A stretch of DNA of 59,485 bases, filler included. It is 9 parts of 9 records of this genome, joined end to end, with 100 filler letters (N's around TTAATTAATTAA, not from the genome) between each part and the next. Parts side by side here need not be neighbours in the genome. Positions count along the whole stretch, not along the records: positions 20,120 to 29,259 come from SRR31156797_44281; positions 29,360 to 34,595 come from SRR31156797_44299; positions 34,696 to 39,791 come from SRR31156797_44323; 6 more parts are not named here. One strand, written 5' to 3'. Position 1 is the stretch's first letter, and every line of letters starts with the position of its first letter. The position numbers were made by a program, and so were the translations under genes. Below are positions 28,141 to 38,334 of this stretch, in pieces. Under the pieces are notes generated by a model that was not told the origin of the DNA, did not search any database, and saw only the letters and a program-made list of their open reading frames with translations.

Positions 28141-29259
28141 TTATACTGATTTAACCCCCGCCTTTGTCGGCCACTGAAATCCTTTGGGTAAAGCCTTGTA
28201 GGTGACTAGTTCCGCTGTAAGCATGTCATGCAATTTCTGCATTCTGGCTCGATTGGATTTTGCCCGTGATCCCCAAGCCAGATTGACCATCTGTCCCGGG
28301 TCATCAGCCAGATTATACAGCTCATATTCGAGCTTGGTGCCTTTGTTGGTAAAGTACACGGCATACATCCAGTCTTTGTAGCGGATGCTGCGGATTTTGC
28401 CTGCTACTGTGTCGTAAACATTTTTCATTCCCAGAAGCCCTGCAAAGAGGGTTTCGCAGTCGTCTGTGAAGAACATGGCGCGGTCCCGCACCTTGGCTTT
28501 GGGATCGTCCATGATAGGAACAAGGGATCTGCCGTGGATGCCTGCGTTTTTCAGCTCTTCCGGTGTCGCAGCTTCGGTCAGTTCCGCCACAGTGGGAACA
28601 AGATCGATCAGGCTTGAAAAAGATTCGGTTTTCTTTCCCTTAGGAAAGAGTTTTGGATTGGAGATGATTAACGGGACATTAATGGTTTCCTGATAGCTGT
28701 TCACTCCTTTCTGAATCATCTGGTGGGACCAACCCTGTTCTCCATGGTCTGCGAAACGGAAAATGACGGTATCCTCTGTTAGTCCCTTTTCTTCCAGTTT
28801 ATCCAGAACTGCTGAAATCTGTTTGTCGACCACCCTATGCAGGTGGGCATAGAAACGGCAGAAGTCAATTCGGTCTTTTTCAGTGGGGCAGCTGGAAACC
28901 TTGTCGCAAAGTTTTTGGTATTCCTTCTGGGCAGATGGTTTTTCGTCCAGATTATCGTTGTAGTTTGAAGGCAGCTTGATTTCTTTAAGGTCATCATAGT
29001 CCGCCTTGTTGTATCCCCATTTTTCCTGATCCGGCCAGGCACTGATGTCATGCGGGTTGCCGAAAGAGGCAACCATGAGGAATGGTTTATCCCTCTTAGG
29101 ATCATGGTTGTCCAGATATTCGAAAATGGTTTCACCTTTCGTTATGGCGGGGGTCATACGGTTATAGGTGTCCGGCACTCCATCAACAAAGCGTTGGTCG
29201 TTATTTGGGTCGCCTCCGCCTATCCATGGGTTGCCGCCGATGTCCACGGCGCAGTCCGG
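28141..29259 (-). CDS. Sulfatase-family protein, C-terminal part (5'-truncated)
   Basis: KPFLMVASFGNPHD, VIFRFADHGE..H..QKG, YQETINVPLII, SLIDLVPT, ELYNLADDPGQMVNL. The CxPxR motif would lie beyond the contig end. Confidence 0.85.
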   Translation of the reverse strand, partial: PDCAVDIGGNPWIGGGDPNNDQRFVDGVPDTYNRMTPAITKGETIFEYLDNHDPKRDKPFLMVASFGNPHDISAWPDQEKWGYNKADYDDLKEIKLPSNYNDNLDEKPSAQKEYQKLCDKVSSCPTEKDRIDFCRFYAHLHRVVDKQISAVLDKLEEKGLTEDTVIFRFADHGEQGWSHQMIQKGVNSYQETINVPLIISNPKLFPKGKKTESFSSLIDLVPTVAELTEAATPEELKNAGIHGRSLVPIMDDPKAKVRDRAMFFTDDCETLFAGLLGMKNVYDTVAGKIRSIRYKDWMYAVYFTNKGTKLEYELYNLADDPGQMVNLAWGSRAKSNRARMQKLHDMLTAELVTYKALPKGFQWPTKAGVKSV

Positions 29260-29359
29260 NNNNNNNNNNNNNNNNNNNNNNNNNNNNNNNNNNNNNNNNN
29301 NNNTTAATTAATTAANNNNNNNNNNNNNNNNNNNNNNNNNNNNNNNNNNNNNNNNNNNN
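29260..29359. other. Artificial contig linker
   Basis: N44-TTAATTAATTAA-N44. Confidence 0.99.
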
Positions 29360-30381
29360 TCCTTACGCTTGAGCTTGTCTGTAGCATTTTCAAGCAGCGA
29401 TTCGGATTCTGCGGCAAAGCCGACCGTGACCACATTTTTTCTTTCATCCCTGGTTTCGCCCAATATGTCGGGATTCCGCGCCAACTCAACCGGGGCAGGC
29501 AGCCCGGTCTTTTTTATCTTGCCTTCAACCCTGCCGGCGGGACGAAAATCGCCCGGAGCAGCAGCCTTGACCAGAATATCCACGCCGTCCAGGTTGTCCC
29601 TGACAGCCTGCAGCATGTCGCGAGTGGATTCAACCTCGACAACCTTGACCCCAAAAGGAGGATCCAGGGCGACCGGACCTGAAATCAGGGTGACGTTCGC
29701 GCCCCTGATCCGGGCTGCATCAGCCAGGGCAAAACCCATTTGGCCGCTCGAACGGTTGCTGATAAACCTGATGTCGTCCCAGGCCTCCCTGGTCGGGCCG
29801 GCCGTTACCACGACATTGTAAGACGCCATATCCCGGGAAGAAAGCAGGGCCTTTACGGTTTCCACTATTTCTACTGGTTCGGGTAGCCGTCCCCGTCCTT
29901 CCCAACCGCACGCCAGGTAGCCTGCAGCCGGGGAAAGAATATTACAGCCCCTTTCCTGCAAACGGCCGAGGTTTTCCTGAACGGCCGGATGATCGTACAT
30001 ATTGACGTTCATGGAAGGGCATACAAGAATCGGAGCCCTGACCGCCAGCAGGAATGTGGAAACATAATCGTCCGCGATTCCTCCGGCCATTTTGCCGATT
30101 ATGTTGGCCGTGGCCGGGGCGATAACCACGGCGTCGGCCCAATCAGCCAGGCTGATGTGAGTAACGTCCGGAGTTTCATCCGCCCATAGATCGGTGATAA
30201 CCGCTTCTCCGGTCAGGGTCTGCAACGTTAGAGGAGTTATAAACCTGCACGCCGATTCGGTCATGGCCGTGCGCACGCGGGCGCCCCCGCGAATGAGCAG
30301 GCGCGCCAGTTCAGCTGTTTTATAAGCCGCGATCCCGCCGGTTACGACCAGCGCGATCGCTTTATCCTTTAGAACGTTCAT
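29360..30381 (-). CDS. coaBC: Bifunctional phosphopantothenoylcysteine decarboxylase/synthase (3'-truncated)
   Basis: TGGIAAYK, HISLA, APATAN, PSMNVNM, LACG..GRGRL, TAGPTRE..RFISNRSSG.MG, VGFAAES. Confidence 0.96.
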
Positions 30382-30408
30382 CAAAAAACCAACCAGCCGG
30401 AATCCCGG

Positions 30409-30825
30409 TTAGACCTGGGGAGCCACCCAGATTTCCACATGCGTGTATATTGTACTTTCAAAAATGATAATAATACAGGATTTTCTTTCTTTTTCGAAGA
30501 GCAGTACTGTCTTGGGATGACGGAAAATGCTTTTAAGCACCCAGCCGTCGTTGGGCATTGATTTCCTGAAGAATTCCGTTATCGAATCCGGATCGACATA
30601 GCCCTTGAAATATAATGTTCCGGCCTTGAAACCTTCGGTCTCGAAAACAAAGGATTCCTGTCTGTCCAGGCTCAACTCGGCCGGAATAAGAACATCTTCA
30701 AAATGAACGTGAGTCGGAACCGGCTCCTCGTCGGGCTCCATGAATGGAATGTTGGAACAGCCCAATCCGCCGGCGACAATCGCCAGGGTCAGTAGTAACG
30801 CGAACAGTCTTTTGTGCATGGACAT
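30409..30825 (-). CDS. Uncharacterised lipoprotein (paralogue of 30838-31398)
   Basis: Signal peptide with lipobox GLG-C; shares F.DV.IPA.L..D...SFV.E....AG.L...G and FF...MP.DGW.L.S.F with its neighbour. Confidence 0.8.
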   Translation of the reverse strand: MSMHKRLFALLLTLAIVAGGLGCSNIPFMEPDEEPVPTHVHFEDVLIPAELSLDRQESFVFETEGFKAGTLYFKGYVDPDSITEFFRKSMPNDGWVLKSIFRHPKTVLLFEKERKSCIIIIFESTIYTHVEIWVAPQV

Positions 30826-30837
30826 GATCGTCTCTCC

Positions 30838-31398
30838 CTAACTTGTTTCTTCGGTAAGAGTCTCTTCTTTGGGACCGGCCGGCTTGATCATCGGAGCGCC
30901 TGTCGTCCCGCTGTAAGGAAGCAGGGAAGGGCTTCCGACCCCGGGAACCTGTTGACCGGGCTTTATCGGCGACACCCAAACTTCCATCCTCAACGCCTCA
31001 TCGCCATAAGGATAAGAAGCTATCACCAGGCAGACCTTGTCGGCTTTCGTATACATAAGTATATTTTTCTGGTATTTGAAACTTGAAAGAAGCGACCAGC
31101 CGTCCCGGGGCATGTTGGTTTCGAAAAAGTCCAAAACATCCACCAGCGGGAGCTTGCCGGTCAACCCTAGCACGCCTGCCCTGACATTATTGCTCTCGTA
31201 TACAAAAGAAGATTTATTATCCAGCTTCAACCCCGCCGGAATCTGTACGTCCTTGAATTCAAGATACTGTCCTATTTCCGGGGGCTGTTCCTCTTCCATG
31301 ACCGCGCTGGAGCCGAAACCCTGGCAGGCGGCTATGGGTAATATGGAAACCAGCAAAATTATAAGAGCCCAACGGCTGATTGAACCTCTCATCATCAT
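30838..31398 (-). CDS. Uncharacterised lipoprotein (paralogue of 30409-30825)
   Basis: Lipobox IAA-C; same conserved core plus a Pro-rich C-terminal tail. Confidence 0.8.
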   Translation of the reverse strand: MMMRGSISRWALIILLVSILPIAACQGFGSSAVMEEEQPPEIGQYLEFKDVQIPAGLKLDNKSSFVYESNNVRAGVLGLTGKLPLVDVLDFFETNMPRDGWSLLSSFKYQKNILMYTKADKVCLVIASYPYGDEALRMEVWVSPIKPGQQVPGVGSPSLLPYSGTTGAPMIKPAGPKEETLTEETS

Positions 31399-31976
31399 AC
31401 TCCTTTCAGGAAAGGGTTAAACCTTTTTTCCTGTCCTACTGTTGTGGTGGGACCATGGCCCGGCAGAACCCTGGTCTCATCGCCTAATGGAAAAATCTTG
31501 TCCCTGACCGACCCCACAAGAATTTCAAACGATCCGCCTTCCAAATCCGTGCGTCCTATGGAGCCTGCGAATAAAAGGTCCCCGACAAATACAACCTGCG
31601 CCTCTTCAAGGACAAGGCTGATGCCGCCGGGCGAATGCCCCGGCGTATCAAGAACTTTTAAAACATGACCGCCGAAAGTAACAGTGTCGCCTTCCGACAG
31701 GTCGCCGTCAGGCTTGAAACCGCGACAGCTTTCTTTGGAATTGATCAAAATTTGGCCGCCGGCGGCTTTCTTTAATTCATCATTGCCTCCCGTGTGGTCC
31801 CAGTGACCGTGGGTGTTGACAATGAATTTCAATTTCAAGCCATGCTTGTTTAATAGCTTGACTATTTTGTCGACATTGCCTCCCGGATCAATAACAACGG
31901 CTTCATTGGTCTCCTCATCGCCCAGGATGAAACAATTGACCATTAGCGGGCCGGCGGGTAAATGTTCGAAGATCAT
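31395..31976 (-). CDS. MBL-fold metallo-hydrolase (glyoxalase II-like)
   Basis: VIDPGG, THGHWDH, TPGHSPG, GDLLFAGSIGRTD, PGHGP; start ATG 31976. Confidence 0.93.
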   Translation of the reverse strand: MIFEHLPAGPLMVNCFILGDEETNEAVVIDPGGNVDKIVKLLNKHGLKLKFIVNTHGHWDHTGGNDELKKAAGGQILINSKESCRGFKPDGDLSEGDTVTFGGHVLKVLDTPGHSPGGISLVLEEAQVVFVGDLLFAGSIGRTDLEGGSFEILVGSVRDKIFPLGDETRVLPGHGPTTTVGQEKRFNPFLKGV

Positions 31977-31983
31977 ATTTCCC

Positions 31984-32493
31984 TCAATACCTTGCCAATA
32001 CCAGATCGCTGATCGGGCGGCGTTCCGATTTCCGTTCCTGGCGCGCCGGGCGCCCAATGGCGATTATGGCCTGCAGTTCCATTGATGCATCCAAACCCAG
32101 GCAATCGCGGACCTTGTCGCTGTTTTTAAGTATCTCTCCAAGCCATACCGCGCCCAACCCCAGGGAATGCGCGGCCAGCAGCATATTCTGAATGCACGCT
32201 CCAGCCGACTGGGCGTCCTTGTGTTTGTTGTAACAGGCGGCCTCATCCAGAAAAACCGCAATACAGGCCCGGGATGCCGTGACAACTTTTTTGTAATGGG
32301 TCAATTCGGCTATTTCCGCTGTTTTGGCCTTGTCTTCAATAACCACGAAACGCCACGGCTGGTTGTTCAGTCCGGACGGCGCCCAGCGGCCCGCTTCAAG
32401 CAAAACTTCAATATCGGCGGCCTCTAATGGTTCTTCCGTAAAAGAACGCACGCTTCTTCTTTTGATAATTGCGTCAATAATCGGGTTGGTCAT
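31984..32493 (-). CDS. Nitroreductase family protein
   Basis: RRSVRSF, APSGLNNQPWRFVV, QNMLLAAHSLGLGAVW. Confidence 0.93.
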   Translation of the reverse strand: MTNPIIDAIIKRRSVRSFTEEPLEAADIEVLLEAGRWAPSGLNNQPWRFVVIEDKAKTAEIAELTHYKKVVTASRACIAVFLDEAACYNKHKDAQSAGACIQNMLLAAHSLGLGAVWLGEILKNSDKVRDCLGLDASMELQAIIAIGRPARQERKSERRPISDLVLARY

Positions 32494-32848
32494 TTTCTAA
32501 CTGCTGCAGTCGATCGTTTTTTTTGCACCCCAAAATAACGGCTGTCGCCGTTGAACCTGAAACGTAATCCTATGGTTTATAGGATTAAAATTTATATCTA
32601 TAAACGCTATTTGAGCATTTGTATGTCATAATGTCAAGCATTTTATGTTAAGTTGTTATTAATTTTAATAAATTATATGTCAGGTTCGGCAGGTCGAATC
32701 AACATAACAGATCACGGTAAATTGTGATATAAAAAAGAAGGCGTAATATTCCCCGGGATCAAGGCCGGGGGCTCCACATATGGAATTGCAGGCGAATATA
32801 TCATCAATATTTTGTGCTTTTAAGCGATGAGGGAATGGATACTCTCTA

Positions 32849-33145
32849 ATGGATTTTATTCAGGATGAATACACGGGGCCGCTTCTCTTATTCCTGTTGT
32901 TTTTTATTCACGCCGGAGTCGCCGCCTGGCTGCTGGTTCGCAAGAAACGCGTTGAATATGCATCGCTCACCGCGGCATTTATATGCCTCATGGCCTCCGC
33001 CCTTGTCAGGATATACGCGCCGGCCTGGAAGCTGGCCGATATACGGGTTACAAGCTTCTTAAAAGGAGCGGCCATTATTCTATCGATCGTATTCATCGGC
33101 CTCAGGATAAGAAGAGGTCGGCAAAAAATTCAGGAACTGCCTTAA
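32849..33145 (+). CDS. Small membrane protein with three predicted TM helices
   Basis: Three hydrophobic segments and a basic C-terminus; no family recognised. Confidence 0.6.
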   Translation: MDFIQDEYTGPLLLFLLFFIHAGVAAWLLVRKKRVEYASLTAAFICLMASALVRIYAPAWKLADIRVTSFLKGAAIILSIVFIGLRIRRGRQKIQELP

Positions 33146-33834
33146 TCCGTATTATAATAATGGAATTTCAGACCGTCCATGACGCCGTGGCATCTGCAGG
33201 CCGTGGCGATCAACAGATTTCCTTTTAACCGCCTGCATTCATTCAATGCTCCAAACAGGCCGGTTCTCCGTAATCCCCCCAACCCGGGGGCTATCTGGAT
33301 GCTTCGTATAACAACGGCTTCAAAGTCCGGCCATTTTGTTTCCGCCAGATCCTTAAACAGGCTGCCTTTCCGGGGAGCGCCCGTGTAAGTGCAAATGTCC
33401 GCAGGCTCCGGGCAGTCGTCCGGGCAAAAGAAGTCCGCATAGCTGATATAGAAGCCGCCCGTGTTGTTTTTCATTGGATTAGGCGCTTTTTTTTGAAAAT
33501 CTTCCGGCAGGTCAACCGGAACCGCTTCCTCGGCCAGCACGCGCTTCAGCCATTCATAGGCCAGATGTATGGGCGCGCAGGGGATAATCCATTCCGGACC
33601 CCGGTCCTGTTGAAGATTGGAATAAAGGAAATCAACAGCGTCAGATGTTATGGTCCGGGCGCCTTTTTCCTGCGCCGCCTTTAATGACGATTCGTCATTG
33701 TCAACGACCAGTAGTTTTTTATCCGGCCATATTCCGGCTGTTTTTTCCAGGGCCAGAAGTCCGAACTTTCCGCTTCCGCATATCCAGACATCATAATCAT
33801 CCGCATTGAAATCCGCTTCATCCCGACTCTGCAT
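33142..33834 (-). CDS. Uncharacterised NAD(P)-binding (TrkA-N-like) protein with Cys-rich C-terminal domain
   Basis: VWICGSGKFG..LLVVD Rossmann motif; CPDDCPEPADIC and TACRCHG motifs; begins 2 bp after ktrA. Confidence 0.75.
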   Translation of the reverse strand: MQSRDEADFNADDYDVWICGSGKFGLLALEKTAGIWPDKKLLVVDNDESSLKAAQEKGARTITSDAVDFLYSNLQQDRGPEWIIPCAPIHLAYEWLKRVLAEEAVPVDLPEDFQKKAPNPMKNNTGGFYISYADFFCPDDCPEPADICTYTGAPRKGSLFKDLAETKWPDFEAVVIRSIQIAPGLGGLRRTGLFGALNECRRLKGNLLIATACRCHGVMDGLKFHYYNTD

Positions 33835-33836
33835 TG

Positions 33837-34493
33837 TTATTCCTTTTTCGATAATTCGGCCAATTCTTCCCTGCGGCCGATGACTATGAGAATATCAGAG
33901 TCTTTTATCACGTAATCCGCCAAAGGATTCAAATGGATTTTATCCATTAATACGTCCCTGATGCCGATAACATTGGCGCCATAATCGCGTCTTATACCGG
34001 TTTCGGCCAGGGTTTTGCCTATAAATGACTTTCCGGGAACAATTTCCTGCACCGAATATTCCGGGCTTAGCTCCAGATAACTCATTATGCTGGGGGAAGA
34101 AACATAGGTGGCCACTTGCACCGCCATATCCCTTTCCGGGAAGACAACCTCATTCGCCCCGACTTTCATGAGTATGCGGCCGTGGTCTTCGCTGGTAATT
34201 TTGACAACAATGCGCTTGGCTTCCAGGTCCTTCAGGTGAAGCGTCACCAGTATGCTGTCGGCCATATTATGCCCCAGGCTTACGAATACCGCATCCAGTT
34301 GATCCACATTCATACTGGAAAGCAGCTTCGAATCCGTTGCCTTGCCCACCAGACCGTAAGTGGTGAATCCCTGGGCCGTATTAACCAGCGTTTCATTCCG
34401 GTCCAGGCAAATAACTTCATGGCCCAGGTCGAAGAGAACCCGGGCGACATTGCTGCCGAAATTGCCAAGGCCGATTACGGCGAATTTTCCCAA
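33837..34493 (-). CDS. ktrA: Ktr/Trk potassium uptake regulatory subunit (RCK domains)
   Basis: FAVIGLGNFG, HGRILMKVGANEVVFPERDMA, TrkA-C domain; TTG start at 34493 after GGAGGA. Confidence 0.9.
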   Translation of the reverse strand: MGKFAVIGLGNFGSNVARVLFDLGHEVICLDRNETLVNTAQGFTTYGLVGKATDSKLLSSMNVDQLDAVFVSLGHNMADSILVTLHLKDLEAKRIVVKITSEDHGRILMKVGANEVVFPERDMAVQVATYVSSPSIMSYLELSPEYSVQEIVPGKSFIGKTLAETGIRRDYGANVIGIRDVLMDKIHLNPLADYVIKDSDILIVIGRREELAELSKKE

Positions 34494-34595
34494 AACAGCA
34501 TCCTCCGTTGAATTCTTTAAAATCTTAATAGGAACGATTCTCTTATAAGCCGGCCTTTTATACATCCATAAATGAGGGATTTTTTCCAAGGTCGA

Positions 34596-34695
34596 NNNNN
34601 NNNNNNNNNNNNNNNNNNNNNNNNNNNNNNNNNNNNNNNTTAATTAATTAANNNNNNNNNNNNNNNNNNNNNNNNNNNNNNNNNNNNNNNNNNNN
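34596..34695. other. Artificial contig linker
   Basis: N44-TTAATTAATTAA-N44. Confidence 0.99.
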
Positions 34696-35219
34696 CAGTA
34701 TTTTACGGTAGTTCATCGCTTCGCATGTGGGATTCGTTGGAAACAGACTTTGAAGACTGTACAATAGAAAACCAAAGCTTTGGAGGATCGACCCTGGCGG
34801 CCTGTTGTTGGTTTTTTAACCGTTTAATACCGCAGCACAAACCAAAAACAATGGTGCTTTATGCAGGTGATAACGATTTGGGCGATGGACGGCATCCCGA
34901 AGAAGTGTTCCTGTATTTTAAGCACATAATGGCACAAATTAATGTGTTAAATGAGTCAATACAGGTTGCCTTTATTTCAATAAAACCGTCGCCGGCACGT
35001 CAACATCTGAAAGCATCGATCGAATTCACCAATAAAATCATAAAAGAAGAGATCGACAAGAATCATCCCAACTGTACCTATGTTGATGTATATTCACCCA
35101 TGTTAACCAATGAACAACCCGATTGGCAATATTACGAATCCGACGGACTGCATTTATCATCGGGCGGATACAAAATTTGGAAACAGGTGTTGGAGGAAGA
35201 ATTTTTTGACGAATTATAA
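34696..35219 (+). CDS. SGNH/GDSL-family hydrolase (5'-truncated)
   Basis: Open from the contig start: VFYGSSSLRMW, NQSFGGS, YAGDND, DGLH. Confidence 0.9.
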
Positions 35220-35248
35220 ACCTGATGTATCACCCCAATTTGTTAACC

Positions 35249-35977
35249 ATGCATCGAGAATACCACAAATGGTTTAGCCCTAACCTGCAACGCGATATGG
35301 AATTACTGGTATACGGACATGCCGGCGCTCGGGTAATTCTTTTTCCAACACGAACCGCTCGATTTTACGATTACGAAAACTGGCGCATTATTCAGGCTAT
35401 ACAACATCTTATAGAAAATGGATGGATACAGGTATACGCTCTTGACAGTATCGACCAGGAGAGTTTTTATTGTTTTTGGGCGCACCCGTATGGCCGTATC
35501 AACCGACATATTCAGTACGAGAATTATGTACTTCGGGAGGTTTTACCACTAACCCGGCTTATAAATCCGAACATGTGTTTAATGTCGGTAGGTTGTAGCA
35601 TGGGTGCATTTCATGCGGTAAACATTGCGTTTCGTCACCCGCATTTGTTTGGAAAAGTAGTTGCCCTTAGTGGCCGGTACGATCTTACCCACCAATACGG
35701 AATGTTTGAAGACCTGATGAATGGTTATTACGACCAAAATGTGTACTACAACCAGCCCATTCATTACATACCGAATATGCCAGAAAGTGCCCAGCTGAAC
35801 AGTATTCGAAACCTCGATATCACTTTTACAATTGGGCGTGAAGATCCGTTTTTGGAAAACAACCGGGCTTTTAGTCAGATACTATGGAACAAAGGCATTT
35901 GGCATGCTTTTCACGAATGGGATGGCTTGGTGCACAGTGCCCGGTATTGGCAACAAATGTTACCTCTGTATTTGTAA
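35249..35977 (+). CDS. Putative esterase (alpha/beta hydrolase)
   Basis: REYHKWFSPNLQRDMELLVYGHAG, nucleophile elbow GCSMG, VALSGRYD, C-terminal His (VHSARYW). Confidence 0.88.
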   Translation: MHREYHKWFSPNLQRDMELLVYGHAGARVILFPTRTARFYDYENWRIIQAIQHLIENGWIQVYALDSIDQESFYCFWAHPYGRINRHIQYENYVLREVLPLTRLINPNMCLMSVGCSMGAFHAVNIAFRHPHLFGKVVALSGRYDLTHQYGMFEDLMNGYYDQNVYYNQPIHYIPNMPESAQLNSIRNLDITFTIGREDPFLENNRAFSQILWNKGIWHAFHEWDGLVHSARYWQQMLPLYL

Positions 35978-36103
35978 ACCCACCTTTCCTGTTTATTTCA
36001 TTCATTTACCGACAGATACCCTACTTTTAACAAAAAAACGACACAAGGCATTATTTGCTTGCCTATTTTTGATACTGCCAAAAACAATTAAATAAAAACA
36101 AAA

Positions 36104-36718
36104 ATGGAAAAGCAAAAGAAAAAAGCTGGAGAAGTACTAACTGGTGTAGGTCGCGAAAACATTCCCAATCCTTTTTTTAGGATGATGACTTTTTTAATGA
36201 AAATGGCAGATATCTTTGGAAATTATTCAGAGAAAACATTTAAAACCCTTCCATTAAAAAAAGATCAGATAGTGGTTGACTATGGCTGTGGCCCGGCACG
36301 GTACATAAAAAATGCATCAAAAGCAGTTGGTCCAAACGGAAAAGTTTATGCCGTTGATATCCACCCAATGGCCATTAACAGTGTAAACCAGAAAATAAAA
36401 AAGTATGGTTTAACCAATGTTGAAACCATTCTTGCCAATGGTTATTCATGTGCAGTTCCCGATAGGCTTGCCGATGTGGTTTACGCCCTCGACATGTTTC
36501 ATATGATTGAAAATCCTACCGATTTAATTAAAGAACTGGTACGTATTGTTACTTTTAATGGTTTAATAATTATTGAGGATGGTCACCAGCCACGTTCAAG
36601 CACACTCCAAAAAATTAAAGACTCAGGACTTTTGTGCATCTTCAGCGAAAACAAACACCATGTAGTTTGTAAACGAAAAGAAACAAAATGTTTACCCGAA
36701 GCCGATGAAACGAGCTAA
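36104..36718 (+). CDS. Class I SAM-dependent methyltransferase
   Basis: VVDYGCGPA, VYAVDIHP, ADVVYALDMFH. Confidence 0.9.
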   Translation: MEKQKKKAGEVLTGVGRENIPNPFFRMMTFLMKMADIFGNYSEKTFKTLPLKKDQIVVDYGCGPARYIKNASKAVGPNGKVYAVDIHPMAINSVNQKIKKYGLTNVETILANGYSCAVPDRLADVVYALDMFHMIENPTDLIKELVRIVTFNGLIIIEDGHQPRSSTLQKIKDSGLLCIFSENKHHVVCKRKETKCLPEADETS

Positions 36719-36826
36719 GTGACCAGGATCACGCAATATGCTCAACAACACCACATTAACACCTGACAATCAAAAACTTTCATCGATTGTTTTTTGTTCT
36801 GATACAAAAATTAAAAAACTAATCGA

Positions 36827-38281
36827 ATGAAAATAGTTGTCCTTGGGGCAGGAATTTCAGGACACACTGCCGCAGCGTTTCTCAAAAAAAAGTTAGGTAA
36901 AAAACATGATGTAATTGTTATTTCTCCAAGCCAGTACTATCAATGGGTCCCATCAAACATTTGGGTAGGTGTTGGCCGGATGAAAGCTGAACAGGTTCGT
37001 TTTAAATTAAACAAAGTTTACAAACGCTGGGGAATCGATTTTCATCAGGCCAAAGCAACAGCTATACACCCTGCAGGCGATACAATTTCGGATACACCTT
37101 TTGTTGCCATTGAATATACTTCGGACGGTAAACGTGGCGAAAAAGGAAAAGTTGAGTACGACTACCTGGTTAATGCCACCGGCCCAAAATTAAATTTTGA
37201 AGCCACCGAAGGACTTGGGCCGGGTAAGAATACGGTTTCGGTATGCTCCTTCGATCATGCTGTTCATGCCTGGCAAGAACTGGACAAGGCCATAGAAAAT
37301 ATGAAAAAAGGGGAAAAACAACGTTTTCTGATCGGAACCGGACATGCCATGGCAACCTGCCAGGGAGCAGCCTTTGAATATGCTCTAAACATTGCTTTCG
37401 AACTAAAAAGAAGGAAATTATTGCACCTGGCAGAAATCACCTGGATATCGAACGAATATGAAGTTGGTGATTTTGGTATGGGAGGTGCTTTTGTTAAACG
37501 AGGCGGATATGTAACTTCAACCAAAGTATTTACCGAATCGGTATTTGCTGAAAATAACATAAAATGGATAAAGCGGGCCGGTGTTTACAAAATAGATCCG
37601 GGCAAAGCTTACTACGAAACACTGGATGGCGAAGAAAAAACCATTGAGTTTGATTTTGCTATGCTGATTCCGGGCTTCTCGGGACAGCCGATTAAAGCCA
37701 TTGATAAGAACGGAGAAGACATCTCTTCAACAGTTTTTGCACCAAACGGTTTTATGAAGGTAGATGCTGATTACAAACAAAAACCATTTGAAGAATGGAG
37801 CATAAATGACTGGCCGCAAACCTACCAAAACCCAACCTACAAAAATATGTATGCCACGGGAATTGCCTTTGCCCCGCCCCACTCCATTTCAAAACCTATG
37901 AAAAGCCCGGGAGGAAGAGCCATTTTTCCTGCACCTCCTCGTACGGGCATGCCATCGGGTGTAATCGGTAAAATTGTAGCTGAAAACATTACAGAAGGAA
38001 TAAAATCGGGGAAATTTGAACACAAACATACTGCCAACATGGGGCGTATGGGGGCTGCATGTATTGTTTCGGCAGGCTACAGCATGACCAAAGGGCTAGG
38101 AGCAACCATGACCGTTTCGCCGGTGGTTCCCGATTGGGAAAAATACCCGGAATGGGGACGAAACATTAATTCTACCGTTGGAGAAATTGGTTTGGCCGGC
38201 CACTGGATAAAACTGTTTTTACATTATATGTTTCTGCACAAAGCCAAAGGGTATCCGTTTTGGTGGCTCTTACCGGAGTAA
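36827..38281 (+). CDS. sqr: Sulfide:quinone oxidoreductase
   Basis: VVLGAGISG FAD motif, WVPSNIWVGVG, YDYLVNATG and three SQR-type cysteines (SVCS, TCQGAAFE, AACI); P.TG motif in APPRTGMPS. Confidence 0.85.
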   Translation: MKIVVLGAGISGHTAAAFLKKKLGKKHDVIVISPSQYYQWVPSNIWVGVGRMKAEQVRFKLNKVYKRWGIDFHQAKATAIHPAGDTISDTPFVAIEYTSDGKRGEKGKVEYDYLVNATGPKLNFEATEGLGPGKNTVSVCSFDHAVHAWQELDKAIENMKKGEKQRFLIGTGHAMATCQGAAFEYALNIAFELKRRKLLHLAEITWISNEYEVGDFGMGGAFVKRGGYVTSTKVFTESVFAENNIKWIKRAGVYKIDPGKAYYETLDGEEKTIEFDFAMLIPGFSGQPIKAIDKNGEDISSTVFAPNGFMKVDADYKQKPFEEWSINDWPQTYQNPTYKNMYATGIAFAPPHSISKPMKSPGGRAIFPAPPRTGMPSGVIGKIVAENITEGIKSGKFEHKHTANMGRMGAACIVSAGYSMTKGLGATMTVSPVVPDWEKYPEWGRNINSTVGEIGLAGHWIKLFLHYMFLHKAKGYPFWWLLPE

Positions 38282-38334
38282 AGATGAACAATGAAATAAT
38301 AAAGGATGAAGGATGAAATATTAATGATCGAAAA

